Below are positions 1-9,556 of a stretch of DNA of 64,000 nucleotides, one piece after another. Source of the DNA: Anaerolineae bacterium (lineage in GTDB: Bacteria; Chloroflexota; Anaerolineae; Anaerolineales; E44-bin32). The position numbers were made by a program, and so were the translations under genes. Position 1 is the first letter of the stretch, and the number at the start of each line of letters is the position of its first letter. The stretch spans positions 3,665 through 67,664 of the forward strand of contig JAUWHR010000045.1 in NCBI GenBank assembly GCA_030605795.1, read 5' to 3'. The notes under the pieces are model-generated. The model worked only from the letters and a program-made list of their open reading frames with translations, was not told the DNA's origin and did no database searches.

Positions 1-873
1 CTCAGGGCAAATGCGGCGCTCTTTGCAGAGAACCCGATTGGCCTGGTCGGTTTGGCCATCATCTTTTTTTTCTTTTTGATGGCTTTAGCCCACCCGATCT
101 TGATGGCGACGGTCTGGGATAGGAACGTCTACCATCCAGTGGTGGGAATCGATCAAACCATACCCTTTCATCCTTCGCCACCATCCCCAACCCATCTTCT
201 TGGCACAGATCCGCTAGGCCGAGACATTCTAAGCCAATTAATGTGGAGCGCGAAGTCGGAGTTCTTTTTAGGCACAGTGGCAGCCCTGGTCACGCTTGTC
301 ATCGCGACCACTGTCGGTGCTGTGTCAGCCTTCTATGGCGGAATTGTGGATAGCCTCTTCATGCGCTTGGCAGATCTGATCATTATGACGCCGGTTGTGA
401 CCCTGCTGATCGTGCTCTCTACGCTGATGAATGTAACATTGATCGAATTGGCCTTTCTGGTTGGAATCTTATCTGGGTTCGGTGGAGCGACCATCATCAT
501 CAAGTCTCAGGCGTTAACGATCAAGGTGCGTACCTTCATCGAGGCGGCGCGAGTGGCTGGCGGCAGCAACACACATCTCATTGTAAAGCACATCATCCCC
601 AACTTGCTGCCGTTGTCGTTCTTGTACATGATGTTCACTGTCACCAATGCCATCTTTTTGGAAGCAGTACTTTCTTTCTTTGGTCTGCTTAACATACGCA
701 TGTCGTGGGGGCTGATGATCCACACTACGGAATATTGTGGATACCTGCTCGACCTCAAGAGGTGGTGGTTGATATTTCCTGCTAGTCTATCGATAACATT
801 TTTATGTGCCGCGTTTTACCTGGTAGGTCGCGCGCTTGACGAGATCGTCAATCCCCGTCTGCGAAGACGATGA
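1..873 (+). CDS. ABC peptide transporter permease (OppC/DppC family); 5' end lies outside the window
   Basis: The frame is open from nt 1 (..ENPIGLVGLAI.. precedes the tracked Met at 52). It is collinear with the paralog at 4651-5625 (TVWDR..YHP.VG.D, LGTD..GRD.LSQL, C-terminal VNPRL). Multiple hydrophobic TM segments. Confidence 0.85.
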   Translation, partial: LRANAALFAENPIGLVGLAIIFFFFLMALAHPILMATVWDRNVYHPVVGIDQTIPFHPSPPSPTHLLGTDPLGRDILSQLMWSAKSEFFLGTVAALVTLVIATTVGAVSAFYGGIVDSLFMRLADLIIMTPVVTLLIVLSTLMNVTLIELAFLVGILSGFGGATIIIKSQALTIKVRTFIEAARVAGGSNTHLIVKHIIPNLLPLSFLYMMFTVTNAIFLEAVLSFFGLLNIRMSWGLMIHTTEYCGYLLDLKRWWLIFPASLSITFLCAAFYLVGRALDEIVNPRLRRR

Positions 874-933
874 CAGTTCGCGGGCGAAATGCCGTGCTGA
901 ATTCGATGAATTTAGACCCTTTGGAGTACAAGC

Positions 934-1908
934 GTGGAAGAAAAAATTTTACGAGCGGAAGATCTTACAATGCACTACACCACCCGAGCAGGAGAGGTAT
1001 CAGCGGTCGATAATGTTTACTTCTCGGTGGGAAAGGGCGAGTCGCTAGGGTTGGTGGGAGAGTCTGGTTGCGGTAAAACCTCTGTCGCCATTTCTATACT
1101 GAGGTTGTTGCCGGAGAACGCCGAAATAAAGGGTGGCCACGTATTCCTCGATGGCACCGACCTAATCTCCTTGGATGAGGAGGAGATGCGCAAAGTCCGC
1201 TGGGGGCGCATCTCGATGATCTTTCAGGCAGCGATGAACGCGCTCAACCCGGTGTACAAGGTTGGTGACCAGATCATCGAGGCGCTCGAGACGCATATGC
1301 CCTCCATGTCTGTTAAGGAGTCACGCGAGCGGGTAGAGGAACTATTCAGTTTGGTAGGCCTCGATCCCAAATTAATGGACCAATACCCCCATGAATACAG
1401 CGGCGGGATGCGCCAGCGGGCGGTGATCGCTATGGCTTTGTCCTGTAACCCAGATCTCATCATCGCTGACGAGCCTACCACTGCCCTAGACGTTATTGTG
1501 CAGGATAATCTGCTGCGGGAGATAATGGCTCTACAAGAACAGCTTGGCATGTCGATGATCTACATTTCGCATGATATCGCGGTCATTGCTGAGGTAAGCG
1601 AAAGAATCGGAGTGATGTACGCTGGCAGATTAGCTGAACTTGCTGACGCGGCTGAGATCTTTCACCGTCCGATCCACCCTTATACTTTTGGCTTAATGTC
1701 CGCGTTCCCTAGTATTGTGGGACCAAAACGAGAACTGACTATGCTCCCTGGTGAGCCGCCCGATCTGATTGATCCGCCGACCGGCTGCCGTTTTCACCCT
1801 CGCTGTCTATACTCTAAAGAGATCTGTGTTGAGCAGGCTCCGGAATTCAAGGATCATGGAGGGGGACACTTTGCAGCTTGCTGGTACCCATTGGAGGCCC
1901 GCGGATGA
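934..1908 (+). CDS. ABC transporter ATP-binding protein, OppD/DppD-like
   Basis: Walker A GESGCGKT, signature SGGMRQR, Walker B LIIADEPTTALD, and the oligopeptide-type C-terminal Cys motif CRFHPRC. GTG start. Confidence 0.9.
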   Translation: MEEKILRAEDLTMHYTTRAGEVSAVDNVYFSVGKGESLGLVGESGCGKTSVAISILRLLPENAEIKGGHVFLDGTDLISLDEEEMRKVRWGRISMIFQAAMNALNPVYKVGDQIIEALETHMPSMSVKESRERVEELFSLVGLDPKLMDQYPHEYSGGMRQRAVIAMALSCNPDLIIADEPTTALDVIVQDNLLREIMALQEQLGMSMIYISHDIAVIAEVSERIGVMYAGRLAELADAAEIFHRPIHPYTFGLMSAFPSIVGPKRELTMLPGEPPDLIDPPTGCRFHPRCLYSKEICVEQAPEFKDHGGGHFAACWYPLEARG

Positions 1909-2897
1909 CTACCCAAGAACCCCTGGTTAAAGTTGAGGGTTTGCAGAAACTTTTTCCACTAGCTGGTGGACTTTTCACTGAATCCCGTTCCGCGATCCAC
2001 GCCGTGGACGGAATCAACTTCGTCATCCCTCCCGGTGAAAGCCTGGGTTTGGCCGGTGAGTCCGGTTCCGGCAAGACAACGACAGGCAAGCTCCTGGTGC
2101 GGTTGATTGATCCAACGGATGGCCATATCTATATAATGGGGGAAGGTGGTGAGGCAGACATCGCCCACCTTCGGGGGAAGGCTCTAAAAAGGTTCCGCCG
2201 TAATGTCCAGATGATTTTTCAGGACCCCTATGAGTCTCTCAACCCCCGGCGCACGGTTTTTGATACAGTTGCCGAACCTTTGGAGGTGCAAGGGGTTGGG
2301 AACGTCTTGGAGCGAGAGCAGCGAGTCGCTCAACTCATGGACGTGGTAGGCCTCAGCCCGCCGAAGACGTTTTTATTCCGTTTTCCCCACGAGTTGTCGG
2401 GAGGACAACGCCAGCGGGTTGCTATCGCGCGGGCTTTGATCATCGAGCCAACATTCGTAGTGGCAGATGAACCGACGTCGATGCTTGACGTTTCGATCCG
2501 CACCGGCATCATGAACCTGATGCAAGAGCTAGCGGATCGGTTGGGCGTGACTTACCTTTACATCACCCACGACTTGGCTGTGGCGCGCTACATGGTCGAT
2601 CGTTTGGCCGTGATGTACTTGGGTAAGATTGTAGAGATGGGCGATATGGAAGAGGTATTGCATCATCCTTTGCATCCGTATACCAAGGCGCTGATATCGG
2701 CGGTGCCCGTGCCAGATCCTACGTTTGAGCGCGTTTTGCCCGACATCAAAGGGAGTATCGCCAAACCGATTGATCCGAAGTCGAGATGCCGTTTCTACGA
2801 TCGATGTCCGATTAAAGAGAAGATCTGTGAGGGGAGCGATCACCCGAACCTGGAGGATAAGGGAGCAAAGCATTACATAGCTTGTTATCTCGTTTAA
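1905..2897 (+). CDS. ABC transporter ATP-binding protein, OppF/DppF-like
   Basis: Walker A GESGSGKT, LSGGQRQR, VVADEPTSMLD, CRFYDRCP. The ATG at 1905 overlaps the upstream stop (ATGA coupling) and is preferred over the tracked start at 1878. Confidence 0.9.
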   Translation: MTTQEPLVKVEGLQKLFPLAGGLFTESRSAIHAVDGINFVIPPGESLGLAGESGSGKTTTGKLLVRLIDPTDGHIYIMGEGGEADIAHLRGKALKRFRRNVQMIFQDPYESLNPRRTVFDTVAEPLEVQGVGNVLEREQRVAQLMDVVGLSPPKTFLFRFPHELSGGQRQRVAIARALIIEPTFVVADEPTSMLDVSIRTGIMNLMQELADRLGVTYLYITHDLAVARYMVDRLAVMYLGKIVEMGDMEEVLHHPLHPYTKALISAVPVPDPTFERVLPDIKGSIAKPIDPKSRCRFYDRCPIKEKICEGSDHPNLEDKGAKHYIACYLV

Positions 2898-3110
2898 TCC
2901 CCTTGAGTGTTCCTTAGTTACTTCCGAATTATTGAACTGTCATTTAACGGACCCAAGCTAATTGACACAGCCTACCCAGTTTGATGCCAGGACCCTTTGC
3001 TAACCGAGCGGGGGGTGGCCATGGGATGTATAAGGGGTACCGAGGCGGGTTATTTGGAGGATAGTAACGTCTATCGCAACCTGTACTGTTAGTGAGTACA
3101 TTTTTTCCTT

Positions 3111-3139
3111 GCAGGGCCATCGGGCCCTGCTGGATTTTA
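3111..3139 (+). terminator. Possible hairpin terminator downstream of the oppDF-like genes
   Basis: GCAGGGCC-ATCG-GGCCCTGC stem-loop followed by TGGATTTTAT. The T-tract is weak, and the hairpin lies ~210 nt after the stop codon. Confidence 0.3.
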
Positions 3140-3247
3140 TATAAGGGGAGTGTTCAGTCTTCCTGGGTATAATATTGATGAATGATCCATCCCAGTCAAG
3201 CCCAGTCCAGTAAATCTGGACGAGCGGTCAAGCTGGATGGACGACTG

Positions 3248-3325
3248 GATGAACGATCCCGTCTCGCTCTGCTCGTGGGATGAACGATCCCGTCTCGCTC
3301 TGCTCGCGGGATGAACGATCTTCGG
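3248..3325. repeat. Tandem direct repeat, 2.5 x 31 nt (GATGAACGATCCCGTCTCGCTCTGCTCGYGG)
   Basis: Units at 3248-3278 and 3279-3309 differ by 1 nt. A partial third unit spans 3310-3325. A related GATGAATGATCC occurs at ~3177. The repeat lies in the 580-nt gap upstream of the oppB-like gene. Confidence 0.9.
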
Positions 3326-3478
3326 TGGTTGCGTGTTTTAGATGCATAAGGGTTCAATTGTTTTATATGGGCATAGGTAAAACTGTGATCTTCGTTTTTA
3401 CACCGGGGTACGTCTCCTGTTCCTGCCCGGTTTCATTCTGGGCATAATGGTGAAGGTCGTCGGGACGTCTTATATTCC

Positions 3479-4636
3479 ATGTACAAGTACATTACTCGCC
3501 GCCTCGTAAGGGCTCTCATAACCCTGATCGTATTTCAGACGATACTCTTCATGTTGATCCAGGCTTTACCTAGGGACTATGCGAGCCTGGTTAGAATATC
3601 ACCCGCGCATCGGGATGCTATACGCGCCATGCTTGGGCTGGACCAGCCGGTTTGGAAGCAATACCTCAAGTGGATCGGACGATTTCTAGGAGGCGACCTG
3701 GGTTTCTCTTTTGCCTACCGTACCGTGCCGGTCAGCAGGATTTTGACCACAAGGGCACCGCGGACGTTGCTGCTATTTCTTCCGGCAGCCCTGGGGGGCT
3801 TTGCATTGGGTCTATGGCTCGGTAAGCACATCGCTTGGCGTCGTGGAAGCTGGCTGGAACTAGGAGCCACATTGGTTGGTACAGCCTCGTACACGTCATT
3901 TGCGCCATGGCTGGCCTTCATGATGATCAATGTATTTGCTCTGTCCTTGGGTTGGGCGCCTCCTGAGAATGTGGTTAACCCCAATGTTTGGATTCGGCAA
4001 AGGGTGTTACCTGAAACCGTCATCATCCGGTTATTTCAGACCATGGTTATGGTTGGTCTGCTGCTCTTGTTGTTGTGGCTAGTAACCCGGACAGCAGTCG
4101 CTCACTGCACCTATGCCCGTCTAGCTGGCGGCGGCCTCATCATCGGGGTGGTTATCCTCCTCTGGCTCCGTTCTGGCTGGATCCGGTTGGCGCTCGATAT
4201 TCTCCATCATATGGTTTTGCCGTTGATGACGCTCATGCTGCTTTCGTTTGGCGAGACGATGTTGCTCATGCGAACGACGATGGTCGATGTGCTCGGCAGC
4301 GACCATGTGCTTACGGCCCGGGCTAAAGGCATTCCGGACGGCGCCATTCGTGACCGGCATGTTGCCCGCCTTGCGCTGCTTCCGGTCCTCACCCATTTCA
4401 TCGTTCATTTACCGTTTGTGATCATCGGCAGCTTTGTCGTCGAAATGGTTTTCTCCTGGCGCGGCATGGGACAAGCGCTGTTTGATGCAGCAGATATGTA
4501 TGATCTTCCGGTGTTGATGGGTATCCTATCTGTGTCTGGGGTGGTTATCCTGTTCGCCCATCTGGTGCTCGACGTTTTAAATGCCTGGCTGGATCCACGG
4601 GTGCGAGATGAACACTTTCAAGCGATGGCGGGTTAA
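3479..4636 (+). CDS. ABC peptide transporter permease (OppB/DppB family)
   Basis: 385 aa and polytopic. N-terminal YI.RRL......L pattern, and a C-terminal LDPRVR motif typical of the BPD_transp_1 OppB family. Confidence 0.85.
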   Translation: MYKYITRRLVRALITLIVFQTILFMLIQALPRDYASLVRISPAHRDAIRAMLGLDQPVWKQYLKWIGRFLGGDLGFSFAYRTVPVSRILTTRAPRTLLLFLPAALGGFALGLWLGKHIAWRRGSWLELGATLVGTASYTSFAPWLAFMMINVFALSLGWAPPENVVNPNVWIRQRVLPETVIIRLFQTMVMVGLLLLLLWLVTRTAVAHCTYARLAGGGLIIGVVILLWLRSGWIRLALDILHHMVLPLMTLMLLSFGETMLLMRTTMVDVLGSDHVLTARAKGIPDGAIRDRHVARLALLPVLTHFIVHLPFVIIGSFVVEMVFSWRGMGQALFDAADMYDLPVLMGILSVSGVVILFAHLVLDVLNAWLDPRVRDEHFQAMAG

Positions 4637-4650
4637 GGAAGGGTCGGAGG

Positions 4651-5625
4651 ATGAACCACGACAATGATATGCCGTTGTCAGGGTACCATGGAAAGGACCT
4701 CCACTGCACACAAGTTTCCCACATATACTGCAAACGTCCGCTGTTAGCCTGGCGTAGGGATTGGAGCTTGTTCATCAGTAACCCGGTCGGGCTGCTGGGC
4801 CTAGGCCTCATCGTGATTTTCGCCTTGATGGGACTGACACACTCGATCCTGCTCTCCACGGTCTGGGATCGGACAACGTACCATCCCATGGTTGGTTTCG
4901 ACTACGATAACACGCCACATCCGAACCAACCCTCTTGGAAGCACCCGCTCGGCACAGATTCGATGGGGCGTGATGTGTTGAGCCAGCTGCTGTATTCATC
5001 CCGCACATCCTTCGGTGTTGGCTTGACAGCCAGCATTGTGGCTACTATCCTGGCAACAGCTGTCGGCGTGCTTTCAGTCTATTATGGCGGGAAGGTCGAC
5101 ACCCTTTTTATGGTCGTGGCTGATGCCTTCGTGCTTATGCCACCTCAGGTGGTCCTTCTAGTCGTGGGTCTGCTCATAGATATGGATTGGCTCCGGTTAG
5201 GTTTGGTCTATGGCGTCTTCGCCGGTCTGGGTACACTCGCACTCATTGCGAAGTCGCATGCGCTGTCGATCAGGGTAAAGCCCTATATTCAAGCAGCCCG
5301 GGTGGCTGGTGGAGGGGATTGGCACATCATACGCACGCATTTCTTGCCCAACATGCTCTCCCTCATTATCATGAATATGATGTTTACAGTGACCGGATCC
5401 GTGCTAATCGAGGCATTACTCTCCTTCTTTGGACGCACAAGGATCCGAATGAGTTGGGGGACGATGATCTGGTTCACACAATCGATCTTTCGGCTGTCTC
5501 CGTTTGGCGAGCAGTGGCATGTTATCCTCCCCCCCGCGTTCGCCATCATGCTTTTCTGCGGTGCGTTCTATATGGTTGGCCGAGCATTGGATAGTGTAGT
5601 CAACCCCCGCCTTGCTCAACGATAG
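4651..5625 (+). CDS. ABC peptide transporter permease (OppC/DppC family)
   Basis: 324 aa. Carries the OppC N-terminal motif (HPLGTDSMGRDVLSQL), TM segments and a C-terminal VNPRL. Paralog of 1-873. Confidence 0.85.
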   Translation: MNHDNDMPLSGYHGKDLHCTQVSHIYCKRPLLAWRRDWSLFISNPVGLLGLGLIVIFALMGLTHSILLSTVWDRTTYHPMVGFDYDNTPHPNQPSWKHPLGTDSMGRDVLSQLLYSSRTSFGVGLTASIVATILATAVGVLSVYYGGKVDTLFMVVADAFVLMPPQVVLLVVGLLIDMDWLRLGLVYGVFAGLGTLALIAKSHALSIRVKPYIQAARVAGGGDWHIIRTHFLPNMLSLIIMNMMFTVTGSVLIEALLSFFGRTRIRMSWGTMIWFTQSIFRLSPFGEQWHVILPPAFAIMLFCGAFYMVGRALDSVVNPRLAQR

Positions 5626-6555
5626 AATAAGCTGGGTAAAGGTATCGAATAGCCTCCATAGGCTTGGTTGGTTCGGGTCATTATTAATGGCACCTTACCT
5701 GTCATAACCTCGGTGCCGCAACCTCGCTCTTATCCATACCAGTTACAGTCGCCACCGCAACTGTCTCCATGTTCTAATCAGCTCTGGTTTAACAGCATCA
5801 CGCGGTTTGTGTGGACTGTAGCTTATCTGCACGTAGTTCTCGGTCAGAAATTTCACTTCACCAGCAGCAGGAACCAAAGCGCGTCCCCAGCGAGTCTCTC
5901 TAGCCGTAGGCGTCACACACTTGACGAGAGCCTCAGAAAGTTCATAAGCTGTATCTCCATTGTGGATGGGGGCCCGCAGGCGCTTACCGTGGCGTCGCAA
6001 CTGGTGGAAAATCTTCGTCGCGACTCCCGCCGTGGATAAATGTATAAGGCGCCAGCGGTCAATGACTAACCAGGCCACACCTCCCGACGCCAGACCAGCG
6101 AGGCTAACCAACATCAGCAATTACCAGTTTCGGTCCTGCTCAGCGCTCCTTATTTCTACCCCTGGCCGCTCTAGACGCAATTCGACTTCGGTCTGAGCTT
6201 CGCTCAGATGCCGGAGTTTACCCCTTCGGCAAACTCAGGACAATGCCTGAGCGGTTATCATAAGAACCTCAGCAGAACCTGCCACAGCCTGCTGAAGATA
6301 TCAGGATTAGCTCATACGAGGTAAGTCGAAGGGCTCAGGATGCAAATATAAAGTGGTTGCACTCTGTGCAGAACCACTCGACATAGCCTATCCTTTCGAC
6401 GGAGACGAAGGTCCCGAGCAATGTCGAGGGTTAGGGACGAAACCTGAGTGTTGCCAAAAGACTCGAAATAAACTCCGCGCAGTCGAAGTTCGCTACCGCG
6501 TATGCACCGTCAAGGGACGATTGCCAATCTCTGAGCCTATGTTAGAATTCAAAAT

Positions 6556-7701
6556 ATGAGCATCCCGCGCATCCTATTGGTGGATGATCAGCGCGAAGTC
6601 AGTCGCATGCTTCGTTCGAGTCTGGAGCTCTCCGGTCGGGACTACGTAGTCGTGGATGTACCCTCCGGGGAGGAAGCTTTGCTTGAACTCGGCCGCGGTC
6701 CGGTCGATCTGCTGGTGACTGATCTACGGCTGCCGGGCATTTCCGGATTGGAGTTGGTGGAGAAGGTTCGCCAACTCAACCCGGATGCACGTGCGATTCT
6801 AATCACCGGGCACCCTTCTGAGGAGGCACAATCGCAGGCAGATAATCTCGGAGTGGTTGCATTCCTGCAAAAGCCAATCGGCACCAGTATCTTTCTTGAA
6901 GCAGTTGATCATGCTATCAGGTTAAGGGGTCCCGCGGGCTCACCGGTGCACGTTCATAAGGAGGCAAAGTCGCGCATCGCTGATCGCCTGGGTGCTGTTC
7001 GGCGTGAACTAGGCGCAAAGGCAGCTATCCTAATCGACGACCGCAGCGAAGTAATCGTTCAGGCCGGAGACCTGATAGATCTTGACCTGGAAGCCGCTAT
7101 TCCATCGCTGATGGCCGCATTCAGCGCTGGGCTCAAGGTCAGCAGCTTGACGGGAGCCCTGCTGCCTGGCAACTTACAATACTTCGATGGAGATACGCAT
7201 GACCTTTACCTGACTAATGTGGGTTCGTTCTATGCCTTGCTGTTTGTCTTTCGCGGGAAACATGGAGTCGGGCAAATGGGGGCTGTTGTGCACTATGGAC
7301 GCCGGGCAGCTGAGGATATTATGGATATACTTTCTGCTCTAGGTGAAACTGATGCCGTCGAGTATGACCAAGGTGAGGAGCAGGTAACTAAGGTGGAGTG
7401 GATTGAGCGTGCAGGTCAGTCCTCCGCGCAGGCTAAGGAGGGGGGAGTAGATCCCGCTGGGGAGGAGAGTCGGGAACCATCAAAAGCCGAGGGGGACAAT
7501 GAAGGGCAAGATATAGATATTACCGACCAAGATGTTAAGCGCGAAGACGCGGAACAGTTCTGGGATCAGGCAGTATCAGACTCACCAGCTTTGAAAAAGT
7601 CAGAGGGTGATATTCTTACCTATGAAGAGGCGCGCGATCAGGGTTTACTAACTGACCAGGCTGACGATGAACCCTCGGAGGAAGGGAGGTTAGGAGGTTG
7701 A
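6556..7701 (+). CDS. Orphan response regulator: CheY-like receiver + Roadblock/LC7-like domain + acidic tail
   Basis: Receiver motifs are ILLVDDQ, ..DLLVTDLRLPG.SG and ..ILITG...KP. The middle region (aa ~140-260) reads LGAKAAILIDDRSEVIVQAGD...DLYLTNVGSFYALLFVF and resembles Roadblock/LC7 (MglB-like). The C-terminal ~110 aa are E/D-rich and low-complexity. Confidence 0.75.
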   Translation: MSIPRILLVDDQREVSRMLRSSLELSGRDYVVVDVPSGEEALLELGRGPVDLLVTDLRLPGISGLELVEKVRQLNPDARAILITGHPSEEAQSQADNLGVVAFLQKPIGTSIFLEAVDHAIRLRGPAGSPVHVHKEAKSRIADRLGAVRRELGAKAAILIDDRSEVIVQAGDLIDLDLEAAIPSLMAAFSAGLKVSSLTGALLPGNLQYFDGDTHDLYLTNVGSFYALLFVFRGKHGVGQMGAVVHYGRRAAEDIMDILSALGETDAVEYDQGEEQVTKVEWIERAGQSSAQAKEGGVDPAGEESREPSKAEGDNEGQDIDITDQDVKREDAEQFWDQAVSDSPALKKSEGDILTYEEARDQGLLTDQADDEPSEEGRLGG

Positions 7702-7851
7702 GTTTTTTTAAAGCGGGTTTGACCTCAACCAAAAGGGGGATCATCAACGACCAGTCATTCTGATTAGCAGGAGCCAAGTAGCAATTCCGCGTCAAGCATC
7801 ATTCTAAGCATATGATACAATTCAACCTGCCCATCCTGGATACGGGGCCAT

Positions 7852-7924
7852 TGGGGCGTGGTGTAACGGCAGCACACCGGACTTTGGATCCGTGAATCCA
7901 GGTTCGAATCCTGGCGCCCCAGCC
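7852..7924 (+). tRNA. tRNA-Gln (anticodon UUG)
   Basis: Hand-folded cloverleaf. Acceptor stem TGGGGCG/CGCCCCA with the U1-A72 pair typical of bacterial tRNA-Gln. D stem GTGT/GCAC. Anticodon arm CCGGA-CTTTGGA-TCCGT. T arm CCAGG-TTCGAAT-CCTGG. Discriminator G followed by CC; the terminal A is not encoded. Confidence 0.85.
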
Positions 7925-8203
7925 TGAATTCTGATTAATGAATTAACTATCTGTGCAAGACGACGATCCTCCACTAGCTTCTCTCCAGCAACCTTTGAGG
8001 TATTATGCTTGGGCAATCCTAAAGGGCAATTAAAGATCCATTTCGGATTGCTTGAGGCGGTATGCATTGTGACGATCTACTGATCTTGGGTTCTCCCTTA
8101 CCCCAGGGGGGTGTCTTGCGTCAATGAGTTGAACACATCTCGGAGACATTTTGGGTGATTTTGTCTACCATTTGGTGTCCTCCTAGACGCCGAGGAGAAG
8201 ACG

Positions 8204-9556
8204 ATGAAAATTGAGGCTGTGATCCTGGCTGCTGGCTTGGGAACACGAATGGAATCCAAACTTCCAAAGGTACTTCACCTACTTGGTGGTCGTCCGTTGA
8301 TCGCATGGACTGGGGCGGCTTGCCAGGAAGCCACCAACCGCAGGCCGTATGTTGTGATTGGACCTGATGCGGAAAAAATCCGACATGTGGCGAGCGCGGA
8401 GGTCAACTTCGTCGAGCAAGTCGAACGACTAGGGACCGGTCATGCCCTACTCCAAGTGGCTGATCAACTGCGTGGCAAGTCCAACCTGGTGTTGGTTGTA
8501 AATGCAGATTTACCGCTTCTGCGACCGGAATCACTGCGATGCTTGATTGAACAGCAAGAGAGCAATCCAGGCCCATTCACTCTTATGTCAGCCATTTCGG
8601 AACTATCGCGCGGCTTCGGTCGAGTTGAACGGGACCGGGATGGACTTGTGGTAGGGATTATCGAGCAGGCGCATGCCACCCCTGAGCAACTCACCATTAG
8701 TGAGCTGAATGTGGGGGCCTACTGTTATCAGGCCGATTGGCTCTGGGATCATCTCCCTAAATTGCCACTTTCCCCCAAGGGAGAGTATTACTTGACCGAT
8801 CTAGTGGCGATGGCAGTTGCCGAGGGTGGGGAGGTGTCGGTCAGCTCGGTAGAGGACCTGGATGAGATCATTGGCATCAACACCTGTGAACATCTGGCGC
8901 AGGCCGAGGCTGCTCTTCGAAGACGGATCAACCGGGGTTGGATGCTGGCTGGCGTGAGCATGCTCGACCCGGAGTCCACATATATTGGTCCGGAGGTTCA
9001 GTTGGGGTCGGACACTGTCTTGCTACCCAACACTCACATTGAGGGTCGTACGATTGTCGGAGTGTCCTGCCGGCTAGGTCCAAATACGGTTGTGCGCGAT
9101 TCGACGATTGGCGATTATTGTCGGGTGGAAGTCTCGGTGGTAGAAGGAGCGATTTTAGAAGATGAGGTGGATGTCGGTCCTTTTGCTCATCTCCGCCGAG
9201 GAGCTTACTTGGGGCGAGGTGTCCATATGGGCAACTTCGGCGAGGTTAAGGACAGCACACTGGGGCCTGGTGTGAAAATGGGTCATTTTTCTTATGTCGG
9301 AGACGCCACGATTGGTGAGGGGGCTAACATTGGGGCTGGCACAGTCACCTGTAATTACGATGGCGAGCGTAAGTACAAAACCGAGATCGGGCCGGGCGCC
9401 TTTATCGGCAGTGACACGATGCTTGTGGCGCCGGTGAGGGTAGGGCGCGGTGCACGCACCGGCGCGGGTGCGGTTGTTACCCGCGACGTACCCGACGGGA
9501 GCGTGGCGGTAGGGGTTCCGGCACGGGTCATACGGAAGGTGAAGAAAAATGATTGA
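8204..9556 (+). CDS. glmU: Bifunctional UDP-N-acetylglucosamine pyrophosphorylase / GlcN-1-P N-acetyltransferase
   Basis: 450 aa. N-terminal LAAGLGTRM nucleotidyltransferase motif. The C-terminal half is left-handed beta-helix hexapeptide repeats. SD GAGGAG lies 8 nt upstream. Confidence 0.9.
   Translation: MKIEAVILAAGLGTRMESKLPKVLHLLGGRPLIAWTGAACQEATNRRPYVVIGPDAEKIRHVASAEVNFVEQVERLGTGHALLQVADQLRGKSNLVLVVNADLPLLRPESLRCLIEQQESNPGPFTLMSAISELSRGFGRVERDRDGLVVGIIEQAHATPEQLTISELNVGAYCYQADWLWDHLPKLPLSPKGEYYLTDLVAMAVAEGGEVSVSSVEDLDEIIGINTCEHLAQAEAALRRRINRGWMLAGVSMLDPESTYIGPEVQLGSDTVLLPNTHIEGRTIVGVSCRLGPNTVVRDSTIGDYCRVEVSVVEGAILEDEVDVGPFAHLRRGAYLGRGVHMGNFGEVKDSTLGPGVKMGHFSYVGDATIGEGANIGAGTVTCNYDGERKYKTEIGPGAFIGSDTMLVAPVRVGRGARTGAGAVVTRDVPDGSVAVGVPARVIRKVKKND

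Noticed and set aside
3248-3325. The tandem 31-nt repeat considered as a CRISPR array
   Set aside because: The units are directly adjacent with no spacers, there are only 2.5 copies, and no cas genes lie in the window.
5743-6120. The 125-aa minus-strand ORF considered as a recombinase/transposase gene
   Set aside because: Only one ~14-aa stretch faintly resembles a tyrosine-recombinase segment. There is no SD and no catalytic motif set. It is kept as an observation, not as a feature.
7792-7821. A promoter for tRNA-Gln (extended -10 TGATACAAT at 7813-7821)
   Set aside because: The -10 is plausible, but there is no recognisable -35. This is too weak to list as a feature.
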